DNA of 61,394 bases from Candidatus Methanophagales archaeon (GTDB lineage Archaea > Halobacteriota > Syntropharchaeia > Alkanophagales > Methanospirareceae), in the NCBI GenBank assembly GCA_025435355.1, contig JANJFQ010000001.1, positions 1 to 61,394 on the forward strand, written 5' to 3'. Position 1 is the stretch's first letter. Every line of letters begins with the position of its first letter. The position numbers and the translations under genes are program-made. Below are positions 18,316 through 26,097 of the stretch, one piece after another. Below the pieces are notes generated by a model that had not been told where the DNA came from, ran no database searches, and was given only the letters and a program-made list of their open reading frames with translations.

Positions 18316-18538
18316 AATAATCCTCCCCCCTTTGAAGCCAGTGATGCCCCAGGGCTTTTGAGACAACGATGATCAGAATACAGCCAATAAACCCACATAT
18401 TGCACTAAATCCCGGGATTGCCTGCCATAAGAAGGCAGCGTGAGCATGCTCGTGGAAATTAACGAGCACACCAGCTAATACAGTCACCGCAAGGCATACA
18501 TAAAGCATACAAACCAAATACTTCTTTTCTATCCCCAC
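18308..18538 (-). CDS. small His-rich 2-TM membrane protein (family of 3 in this window)
   Basis: 76 aa. 'NFHEHAHAAFLWQAIPGFSAICGFIGCILIIVVSKALGHHWLQRGEDYYD'. Paralogs at 25857..26087 and 38278..38514. Its stop overlaps the start of the downstream C-type gene. Confidence 0.65.
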   Translation of the reverse strand: MGIEKKYLVCMLYVCLAVTVLAGVLVNFHEHAHAAFLWQAIPGFSAICGFIGCILIIVVSKALGHHWLQRGEDYYD

Positions 18539-18618
18539 TTCATACGACCTCCAAATTTACAACTAACCTGTTATTCGCAACCTCTGCAAACCTTTTCGCC
18601 TCCGCTTTTTATTTTTAC

Positions 18619-18894
18619 CTAAACCCACGCCTTCCCATACGTCAGATAAAGGAACAAATACATCATGCTGAAGGCAAGCGACATCATTACCACAGTCCAA
18701 ATCGTCAAGCCTTGGAGCTGTTCTTCGGGGCATCTACCCTTCATCGCTTCTTCTAAATCACGCTCATAGCGCACATACGTATGATTAAATGGTTTCAGCA
18801 GTGTCGCTCCTACCACGTCTATCAATATCCTTGTTGCAAGTGCCGGATTTTTGCTAAGACATCTCCACGGGCCAAAAATATTTTTTATTCTCAT
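18619..18894 (-). CDS. free-standing homolog of the antiporter C-terminal tail (amphipathic segment + 1 TM)
   Basis: 91 aa. 'SKNPALATRILIDVVGATLLKPFNHTYVRYERDLEEA...LAFSMMYLFLYLTYGKAWV' aligns with the fused tails. Confidence 0.6.
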   Translation of the reverse strand: MRIKNIFGPWRCLSKNPALATRILIDVVGATLLKPFNHTYVRYERDLEEAMKGRCPEEQLQGLTIWTVVMMSLAFSMMYLFLYLTYGKAWV

Positions 18895-18931
18895 TTCCTT
18901 TTTCCTTCACCTCCTACTTTTATCCTTCTGA

Positions 18932-18993
18932 GGACACCGCCTTACTTGCACCTCGCTTTTCTCCCCCGTGACTTTGGTGTCACCAGTGTCCCC
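18932..18993. promoter_or_regulatory. conserved leader/operator element: GGACAC ... GTGTC-N4-GTGTCCCC
   Basis: 'ggacac' (18932-18937) is the reverse complement of 'gtgtcc' (18986-18991). 'gtgtcaccagtgtcccc' spans 18977-18993. The region is homologous to 16205..16275. Confidence 0.45.
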
Positions 18994-19054
18994 AATTAAT
19001 TATATGTCACAGGTGCCTTATAAAACTTTCGGTTTCGCGCAAAGAAACATCGAG

Positions 19055-19083
19055 GATGTAAAAATCGAAATGTATTTATATAC
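19055..19083 (+). promoter_or_regulatory. putative archaeal promoter (TATA box region) of 19125..20063, conserved with 29276..29304
   Basis: 'GATGTAAAAATCGAAATGTATTTATATAC' versus 'GATGTAAAAACCGAAATATATTTATACAC' upstream of the paralog. The region just before the ATG is also shared ('TCAGATAAAGATGGGC'). Confidence 0.5.
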
Positions 19084-19124
19084 CCTCTATAAATAGGTGA
19101 TAATTGTAGAGTCTTCAGATAAAG

Positions 19125-20063
19125 ATGGGCGTAAAAGAATCCTTAGAAAAAGCGATAATGGATAAAAGAACGCTGGTTGTGGTAATAGTTATAGCGATTT
19201 TGTGGCGGACGGCTATAAGCCTTGACAAAGAGATAGCGCTTTGGGAAAGTATGTGCTCAGGTGTTGCTCTTTTCATCATGGGCTGGACTCTCTTCGGTTA
19301 CCTGTATCACATGTCCCTGAAAGAGACGAGCTGGTTAATTTCGAATAAGATGTTTCAGGGGATTGCCGTTAGCCTATGCACCTTAAATGCTTACGTTCTT
19401 GTTTACTATGGGATGAGATGGTATAGATTAATGAGTGAAACGGAAGCTTATATGCCAATGGATTACCTTCTTAGAAATATGAGATACGCCATGTTAGTGC
19501 TGGCTTATTGTGGCATAATATGGTCGGCGGGTTACCTGAAAAAGATGCACGATAATTATATGCTGATAACCAAAGAAATTCCAGAGATGCATAAAGGAGT
19601 CATAAGAGACGCATTATTCAAAATTATAACTGATGAGCGAACGGTGATAGTGATAATAGGCATAGCGTTTTTATGGCGAACCGCTGTAAGCCTTGACAAA
19701 GAGATAATGCTTTGGGAAAGTATGTGCTCAGGTGTTGCTCTTTTCATCATGGGCTGGGTTCTCTTCGGTTACATAAGTTCATTGACCCTGAGGGTGACCA
19801 GACCAAGCATGATGAAGATCTACCAGGGGATTGCCATTGCTCTATGCGCTATAAACATTTATTCTATTGTTTACTACGGAATGAGATGGTATAGAGTGAT
19901 AAGCATGGGAGAGGAAGTCTTAATGCCGCTGGATTTTCTCTTTAGAGACGTAAGATATTTTATGTTAGTGATATTTTATTGCACGGCAATAGTGCTATCG
20001 AAGTATTTAGAAAAAGCATCTGAGGAGTGTGAGTTCCTGATTAAGAAAGAATCGGAGGCTTAA
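19125..20063 (+). CDS. polytopic membrane protein of unknown family with internal tandem duplication (2 x ~155 aa)
   Basis: Both halves share 'ILWRTAxSLDKEIxLWESMCSGVALFIMGWxLFGY ... YQGIAxxLCxxNxYxxVYYGMRWYR ... RYxMLVxxYC'. An 85-nt stretch (19217-19301) is nearly identical to 19688-19772. Confidence 0.65.
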   Translation: MGVKESLEKAIMDKRTLVVVIVIAILWRTAISLDKEIALWESMCSGVALFIMGWTLFGYLYHMSLKETSWLISNKMFQGIAVSLCTLNAYVLVYYGMRWYRLMSETEAYMPMDYLLRNMRYAMLVLAYCGIIWSAGYLKKMHDNYMLITKEIPEMHKGVIRDALFKIITDERTVIVIIGIAFLWRTAVSLDKEIMLWESMCSGVALFIMGWVLFGYISSLTLRVTRPSMMKIYQGIAIALCAINIYSIVYYGMRWYRVISMGEEVLMPLDFLFRDVRYFMLVIFYCTAIVLSKYLEKASEECEFLIKKESEA

Positions 20064-20128
20064 AATAGAGAAATCCCAATAATTACCAAATCCCAAAAAT
20101 TTGGTAGTATTTGTAGTATTGGTATGTA

Positions 20129-21088
20129 TTGGGGTTTTCTAAGATGAGCATGAGAGCATTCACATTTAAGGCACTAACAGATGAACGGATATTAATAGTA
20201 ATAATAGGTGTAGCGTTTTTATGGCGAACCGTCGTACGCCTCGACAGTAAGATAGCACTTTGGGAATGTATCTGCTCCGGTATTACTCTTCTCATAATGG
20301 GCTGGCTTCTCTTCGTTTACCTATATTCCATGTCTTTAAAACCGACACGCTGGCCGGTATCGAATAAGATTTATCACGGTATTGCCCTTAGCCTTCTCGT
20401 TATAAATATTTATGTGGTTATTTACTATGGGATGAGATGGTTTGGATTACCGCTTGTAGAAGTTTCCATGCCGCGTGATTACATTTTCAGAGATGTAAGA
20501 TATGTGATGTTCGTGACGTTTTATTGTGCGGTAATATGGTCGACCCGGTATCTCAGAGGGATGCACGAGAATTACAGACTACTAATCAAAGAAAGACCGA
20601 AGAAGTCTGCAAAGAGCATGAAAAAATTTTTATTCAGAGTAATAACGAATGAACGAACATTAATAGCGATAATAGTAGCAGCGATTCTGTGGCGAATAGC
20701 CATAAGCTTTGACTACATTATAACCTTTTGGGAAAGTACGTGCTCATGTATTACTCTGCTCATGATAGGCTGGTTTCTCTTCGGTTACATAAGTGCATTA
20801 ACCGTGAAAGTGAAGGCAACGTTAGAATTAGCTAAAGTCTGCTATGGGCTTGCCCTTGGTCTATGCGCTGTAAACATTTATGCTATTTTTTACTATGGTA
20901 TGAGATGGTATGAAGTGATAGGCATAGTCATGGGAAATGTGCCGGGAATTTATGTGCCTCAGCCACTGGATTTGGTCTTTAGTGGTGTAAGGTATGTCAC
21001 GTTAGTGATATTTTATTGCACAGCAATAGTGTTATCAAAGTATTTAGAAAAGGCATACGAGGACTATACGGTGCCGGTCAAAATGTAA
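20129..21088 (+). CDS. polytopic membrane protein, same internally duplicated family
   Basis: 'FLWRTVVRLDSKIALWECICSG...YYGMRWF' and 'ILWRIAISFDYIITFWESTCSC...YYGMRWY'. It lies in tandem after 19125..20063. Confidence 0.65.
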   Translation: MGFSKMSMRAFTFKALTDERILIVIIGVAFLWRTVVRLDSKIALWECICSGITLLIMGWLLFVYLYSMSLKPTRWPVSNKIYHGIALSLLVINIYVVIYYGMRWFGLPLVEVSMPRDYIFRDVRYVMFVTFYCAVIWSTRYLRGMHENYRLLIKERPKKSAKSMKKFLFRVITNERTLIAIIVAAILWRIAISFDYIITFWESTCSCITLLMIGWFLFGYISALTVKVKATLELAKVCYGLALGLCAVNIYAIFYYGMRWYEVIGIVMGNVPGIYVPQPLDLVFSGVRYVTLVIFYCTAIVLSKYLEKAYEDYTVPVKM

Positions 21089-21137
21089 AATGCAAAACGA
21101 GGTTCTTTTGGTAAAGCTTTTCTTTCTAAGAAAAGGT

Positions 21138-21386
21138 TTAAATGCGCAATATGCCTATGTTGTAAAGCAGCGACAATATATATGCCATCACGCAGAAAGC
21201 AAGAAAGGTAATCGCCAGGAAAAGGCCTACATAAAATCCTAAACTCTCCACCTCTACTCCAGGGCAATGCGCCTTTATTGAGTCCACCGCTCTCGGTTCA
21301 TACGAACCTAAACTCAGCGTGAGCCTCATTGTGTCCGCTGGACATTTAACAAAACATTTCAATGCAGTAATGAATTTACTCTCCAT
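21138..21386 (-). CDS. small Cys-containing protein with C-terminal TM anchor (family of 2)
   Basis: 82 aa. 'KCFVKCPADTMRL...HCPGVEVESLGFYVGLFLAITFLAFCVMAY'. Paralog at 34594..34860. Confidence 0.55.
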   Translation of the reverse strand: MESKFITALKCFVKCPADTMRLTLSLGSYEPRAVDSIKAHCPGVEVESLGFYVGLFLAITFLAFCVMAYILSLLYNIGILRI

Positions 21387-21517
21387 CCCCTTTCACCTGT
21401 CCTCATATTCGTAACTTATGACTTATAAATATTTCGATATTTATGATATGTATATAAATGAGATATAGAGAAAAAAACGAAAAAATAATATATTTAAATC
21501 TCTAAGAGAAAAGAAAG

Positions 21518-21910
21518 ATGAAAGTAAGAGAAATAATGAGCCGTCCAATCATCGCTGAAGATGAAGACACGTTGGTCACTAAAATAGCGGAAGATATGGA
21601 CGAGTTGGGAATTGGGAGTGTAGTGATAACAAAGGAAAATAAACCTGCGGGAATTATTACTGAGCGCGACATAGCATTAAAAGTTCTATTAAAGAATAGG
21701 TGGGTAAGCGAGGTGAAAGCAAAAGAAATAATGGCATTCCCTTTGGTCACCATCGAGCCGGAAGCATCAATAGACGAAGCGTGCCGGCTCGCAGCGAGGA
21801 AGCGCATAAAAAGACTGCCGGTGGTTGAAAATGGGATGCTCATAGGCATTGTAAGCATTCGGGACCTATTGACGAGGAAGCCAGAGTATGTAAGAGAATT
21901 CTATTTCTAA
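21518..21910 (+). CDS. CBS-domain pair protein
   Basis: Paralog of 13187..13612 ('GIGSVVITKENKPAGIITERDI', 'IKRLPVVENGMLIGIVSIRDLL'). Confidence 0.8.
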   Translation: MKVREIMSRPIIAEDEDTLVTKIAEDMDELGIGSVVITKENKPAGIITERDIALKVLLKNRWVSEVKAKEIMAFPLVTIEPEASIDEACRLAARKRIKRLPVVENGMLIGIVSIRDLLTRKPEYVREFYF

Positions 21911-22018
21911 AGTTGGAGGAATATGCTTATACAGATTTAAAGAAAGGTTTTTTAATTATACAAAGTCTTAAATAAAGATGAAACGAAAAAGTGCCTCAGT
22001 TGATAACATGATGTTGCT

Positions 22019-22300
22019 ATGAACAAAAAAAAAACGGTTGTAAAAAATGATAAAATGGCTGATAAAGAGCCTGGGGGAAAAGAGAAAAAGATTGTCGAGC
22101 TTATAGCTTCCGTCCAGAGAGCGGGAGATGAAAGAGGAAAGCGGATTTATTTCGACAGTAAGAGCATAGAAGAGATAAGAGAGAAATGCGGCGATGACTT
22201 CTTCTTGCTCAATGAAAGGACTTTACTTGTCTTCGTTGACCCCGCGGAGGAGAAGATCACGCTCACTTCGCTCAAGGGCGTTTACAAGAAGTACCTTTAA
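22019..22300 (+). CDS. hypothetical Lys-rich protein (uncertain; 3' end overlaps an antisense ORF)
   Basis: 93-aa ORF with an ATG start. No motif recognised. Confidence 0.3.
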   Translation: MNKKKTVVKNDKMADKEPGGKEKKIVELIASVQRAGDERGKRIYFDSKSIEEIREKCGDDFFLLNERTLLVFVDPAEEKITLTSLKGVYKKYL

Positions 22301-22393
22301 TTTCTCCGCTTGCTCCTTCGTTAATTCGATGTCCACCCTGCCAAAAGTGATGATTATGTTGCTGCCCACCATTACCTGCACGTCTATCTCCAT
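22223..22393 (-). CDS. hypothetical small protein downstream of the KaiC-like gene (uncertain)
   Basis: 'MEIDVQVMVGSNIIITFGRVDIELTKEQAEKLKVLLVNALE...'. The tracked ORF (to 22414) overlaps the KaiC-like stop by 8 nt. It is antisense to the end of 22019..22300. Confidence 0.3.
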   Translation of the reverse strand: MEIDVQVMVGSNIIITFGRVDIELTKEQAEKLKVLLVNALERSERDLLLRGVNEDK

Positions 22394-22406
22394 ATTTCTT
22401 CTCCCC

Positions 22407-23795
22407 CTATACAATAGCAGTAAGCTTTATCTTGAGACTATCATTACTAACAAAGTTCTCCAAGCAATGCAGCTTGGTATCAGGGCGATTGCAATAAAGG
22501 ATAACACTTCTATCGAGCACGGTCAACTTCAGGTGCACTGACGACAGGTGAATCAGCTCACTGCTCAGCACAAGCTCTGGAGTCACTCCAAATACACCTA
22601 CATTGTCCACCTCCCTTGTATCTACCATCAACTGGGATAACATCCCCACCATTTCACCTACTTTCCCTCTCTCCTTCAGTTGGTAGGGATACACCAGCGT
22701 ATCCGCCCCGATAATTACCATGACCGGCGGCTCCAAATCAGAAATGAAGTCCCGGAATTTGAAAATGTCCTCATTCATCAAGTCTCCTTTCAATATTTTC
22801 ACATTATCTCTCTCTCCTTCCTCCTTTTCTGGACCTATCTCGAAGACCGTGAAGAACTTAGTATAATCCTCTTCGCTTACAAAAGGCAATATCCCTCTTC
22901 TCAATCTCCTCTCATCCCACCCACAACACGGGATACATACACAATGATTCTCTTGCTGGATACTGTTTATAATCATGTGTGCGATAATGGACTGGTAACC
23001 CAAAATGGACATGTCATTCCCGGCTTCTATAATATTAAAGCTTCCCTTTCTGAATCCCCCACCCAGGATTTTATCTAACTCTATTATCCCGGTAGACAGG
23101 TAAGTGCGGGTATTTGGCACAACCGCTACTCTTCTCGGCTTCTCTATTCTCCGCCGCTGGTAAGGTTTTAAATAGGTAAATCTACCCCCATCTAAGCTGA
23201 ATGCGTATTTCGGCTGGTCTATTCGAACACCCCTTAATTTTTCTATCTCTAATTCCCTTGCCCTCCGGTACTCCATTGTTAGGCGCCTGAGCGTTACTAT
23301 CCCATCCACCATGTAATCAAGCGAAGAAATCCCAAGACTTTCTGACACGAGTATCAATTTCATTTCGACATGCCTTGCTAATTCCGTTATTGCCGCTTCC
23401 AGTGCTTCAGTCTTTTCCTTATCCATCTGAGATGTTATCGCTTCCCAGCTATCAATTACAACGGTAGCGGGTTTTTCTATTTTACCCAACCTCGTGTAAA
23501 GAATATCGGGGAAAGATTGCACTCCAGGAATTATATCCGAAGATACGTAGAACTTCGTCGCATCTATCAGGTTCAGTGGGCTGACACATTCGTCCAGCCA
23601 GGGGAATTGGTCATAAAGGGCGTGCGTGGAGACCCTGGCTGAAAGATAAACGGCGTTAGCTTCACCCAATTCGCCAAGCATCTCAAGTGCGAATATTGTT
23701 TTACCCGTGCCCGGCTCCCCCTTTATCAGCAGGGAATAACCCCTTCCCACAGACTGCGCCACTACCAACTCAGGAGGTATTTTTGATTCCATCAT
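22407..23795 (-). CDS. KaiC/GvpD/RAD55-type RecA-superfamily ATPase, two-domain, second domain without Walker A
   Basis: Domain 1 has 'LLIKGEPGTGKTIFALEML' and 'TVVIDSWEAI'. Domain 2 ('GIIELDKILGGGFRKGSFNIIEAGNDMS') has no GxxGxGKT. Paralog of 33151..34554. Confidence 0.75.
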   Translation of the reverse strand: MMESKIPPELVVAQSVGRGYSLLIKGEPGTGKTIFALEMLGELGEANAVYLSARVSTHALYDQFPWLDECVSPLNLIDATKFYVSSDIIPGVQSFPDILYTRLGKIEKPATVVIDSWEAITSQMDKEKTEALEAAITELARHVEMKLILVSESLGISSLDYMVDGIVTLRRLTMEYRRARELEIEKLRGVRIDQPKYAFSLDGGRFTYLKPYQRRRIEKPRRVAVVPNTRTYLSTGIIELDKILGGGFRKGSFNIIEAGNDMSILGYQSIIAHMIINSIQQENHCVCIPCCGWDERRLRRGILPFVSEEDYTKFFTVFEIGPEKEEGERDNVKILKGDLMNEDIFKFRDFISDLEPPVMVIIGADTLVYPYQLKERGKVGEMVGMLSQLMVDTREVDNVGVFGVTPELVLSSELIHLSSVHLKLTVLDRSVILYCNRPDTKLHCLENFVSNDSLKIKLTAIV

Positions 23796-23995
23796 GATTA
23801 TAATAGTAAATAGTACATTTATATAAAAGTAGGTAGCGTCCGTTGGTCAAATGTTTCCTCAAACGCTTTTTTAAATTTCTGATATGAAAAGGCTCTTTGG
23901 TGATTTCAATGGAAGAAGCGAGGAAGTTTCGGGTAACGAGAACAGCAGATAACCAAAATCCTCTCTGGCAGACCGTCGCAAACCCGCCCATGTAG

Positions 23996-25864
23996 TCATT
24001 TTATAAGCCACCCATGTATAAACATAGCTATCAAATACAAAGCGATAAAGATAAGCACCAGTAGCATTGCATTCCCTATGTTCAATCTTACCATTGGTTC
24101 TTCTGCCGGTTGCCTCTTCTTCACCTCCTCCAAATCTCGCTCATATTCCGCAGCCCTTTCTGCAGTAGCAATAGGTTTCTCCACCTTTAGCCTTGCTTCT
24201 TCTCCCTTTATTCTCAACGCAGCCATTGGATTCCTGCTGACCCAGACAAAAAACCCTGCCATTCTCATTACATTATGGTCAATGTAGTTTGCAAACGCCA
24301 TCAGCGGTCCTTCGCAGAACCATATAACTCTTTTCCCCGTTATCCGGTAGAACCAGTCGGTATCAAGCGTAATTGTCGGCGTACCATGAAGCATTCCCCT
24401 TAGCAGCCAAAACGCTACAAATGTGAACAGAAGGAGCTGGCTCATTGCTACCACATGACCCGCCGCAAAGGGTTCATAATGAACTGGATACGGAAGCATG
24501 TTGTAAAGTATTTTTGGATACACACCGAGAAGTGTGCACAAAAACGCGGTTATGCCCATTGCCGCGAGCATATTCTTAGGTGGCTCTCTTGCCTCGCATA
24601 CTGGCTCCTCTCTTGCAAACCACGCGCCCCAGGGAAGTTTTAGACCTGTATGCAGGAAGGTTCCTATTGAGGCGCCTTCGAGCATCAGCCATATAATTGA
24701 ATAATGCCACATCGCAGAGGCAGTAACAATCATTGTCTTACTCACGAATCCGTTGAATAGAGGAAATCCTGAAATCGAAAATGCACCTATCATGTAAAGC
24801 CAAAAAGTGATGGGCATGTATTTGTATATGCCACCCAGTTCGGTCAGTTTGCTTCTTCCCGTTACCTCTATTATTGCACCCATGCCCATGAAAAGTAACG
24901 CCTTATACAAAATATGACAGAAAGCATGTGCAGCCGCACCGTTTAGCGCCATTTCTCCAGCCGCAGTGCCAAAAACACCCATTCCCACTCCACACACCAT
25001 GTATCCTACCTGGGAGATGATGTGATAAGCTAAAAGTCTTCTTATATCATTCTCAAGCACTGCGTAAACAACCCCGTACACCGCCATTATCGCTCCTAAC
25101 CATATCAGAATCTCAACACCCGGGAAACCCCTTATCAGCACGTATATCGCACTCTTTGTGGTAAATGCGGTTAGAAACACCGCACCGGTAACAGTCGCTT
25201 CTGGATACGCATCAGCCAGCCACGCGTGTAAAGGTGGCACGGCGGCATTTATGATAAAGGCGGTAAACACGAGGTAAGAAGCCAGATACTCACTCCCCAG
25301 CCCCCATCCAAAAGCTTCAAAGGCGATGGAACCCGTGTTTTGCAGTTGTAAAACTACTCCCCCTAACAGACATATACCACCGAAAAAGTGCACCATGATG
25401 TATCGGAACCCCGCACCATAAGCTGCTTTTGTCCTTCGATACCAGATGAGGAATAGCGAAGACCATGCCATCACCTCCCAGAAGAAGAACAGAACAAAAA
25501 GGTCACCTGCGAAAACCACGCCCAGCGTGCTCCCAACGTAGAAGAAAGCGGCTACATGCTGCCAATTCTCCTTTATGTGAATTGCATAAAGAATCATGCA
25601 AAAGGATGCAATCACAAATATATATGCAAAAACCATGCTCAGCCGGTCTATTCTGCCGAAGGTAAGTTCATATCCTAAGAAAGAAAGGAACCATGTTTTC
25701 CCTTCTGACAGAAGCACGCCTCTCGACATGAGCAGAAGGTTTATAAATGCTACTGCCGGGAGTAAGAGCAGATATGCCTGTTTCACTCTCATTTTTCCCC
25801 GTAAAACGGGTATTAGCAGTGACCCAAAGATGTATATGAGTCCCGGGTGAAACCACTCAATCAT
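23996..25864 (-). CDS. antiporter-like subunit (PF00361-type), 'C-type' with C-terminal helix+TM tail
   Basis: 'LHAWLADAYPEATVTGAVF', 'LLAYHIISQVGYMVCG', 'GGIYKYMP'. The tail is 'SRNPMAALRI...YERDLEEVKKRQ...IGNAMLLVLIFIALYLIAMFIHGWLIK'. The start is set at MIEWFHPGLIY (ORF track 25915). Confidence 0.8.
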   Translation of the reverse strand: MIEWFHPGLIYIFGSLLIPVLRGKMRVKQAYLLLLPAVAFINLLLMSRGVLLSEGKTWFLSFLGYELTFGRIDRLSMVFAYIFVIASFCMILYAIHIKENWQHVAAFFYVGSTLGVVFAGDLFVLFFFWEVMAWSSLFLIWYRRTKAAYGAGFRYIMVHFFGGICLLGGVVLQLQNTGSIAFEAFGWGLGSEYLASYLVFTAFIINAAVPPLHAWLADAYPEATVTGAVFLTAFTTKSAIYVLIRGFPGVEILIWLGAIMAVYGVVYAVLENDIRRLLAYHIISQVGYMVCGVGMGVFGTAAGEMALNGAAAHAFCHILYKALLFMGMGAIIEVTGRSKLTELGGIYKYMPITFWLYMIGAFSISGFPLFNGFVSKTMIVTASAMWHYSIIWLMLEGASIGTFLHTGLKLPWGAWFAREEPVCEAREPPKNMLAAMGITAFLCTLLGVYPKILYNMLPYPVHYEPFAAGHVVAMSQLLLFTFVAFWLLRGMLHGTPTITLDTDWFYRITGKRVIWFCEGPLMAFANYIDHNVMRMAGFFVWVSRNPMAALRIKGEEARLKVEKPIATAERAAEYERDLEEVKKRQPAEEPMVRLNIGNAMLLVLIFIALYLIAMFIHGWLIK

Positions 25865-26087
25865 AGTAATCCTCCTCCTTCTGAAGCCAGTGATGTCCAA
25901 GCGCTTTTGACGCAACGATGATGATGATACAGCCGATAAAGCCGTAGATTGCGCTGAAAACGGGTAATTTCTCCCACCAGAAATGCGGATGGAGAAGGTG
26001 TAAATGATAAACGAGAACGCCTGCTAATACACCCGCCGCGAGACTGACATAAAGCATCAAAAACAAATGCCTCATCGTTATTTTCAT
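25857..26087 (-). CDS. small His-rich 2-TM membrane protein
   Basis: 'MKITMRHLFLMLYVSLAAGVLAGVLVYHLHLLHPHFWWEKLPVFSAIYGFIGCIIIIVASKALGHHWLQKEEDYYD'. The start is chosen to match the paralog at 38278..38514 (ORF track 26105). Confidence 0.65.
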   Translation of the reverse strand: MKITMRHLFLMLYVSLAAGVLAGVLVYHLHLLHPHFWWEKLPVFSAIYGFIGCIIIIVASKALGHHWLQKEEDYYD

Positions 26088-26097
26088 CTTTGTCTCT

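Noticed and set aside
23770-23991. 73-aa minus-strand ORF between the C-type gene and the KaiC-like gene
   Set aside because: It overlaps the KaiC-like start and the likely KaiC promoter ('CTTTTATATAAATG'). It has no paralog at the second KaiC locus and no motif.
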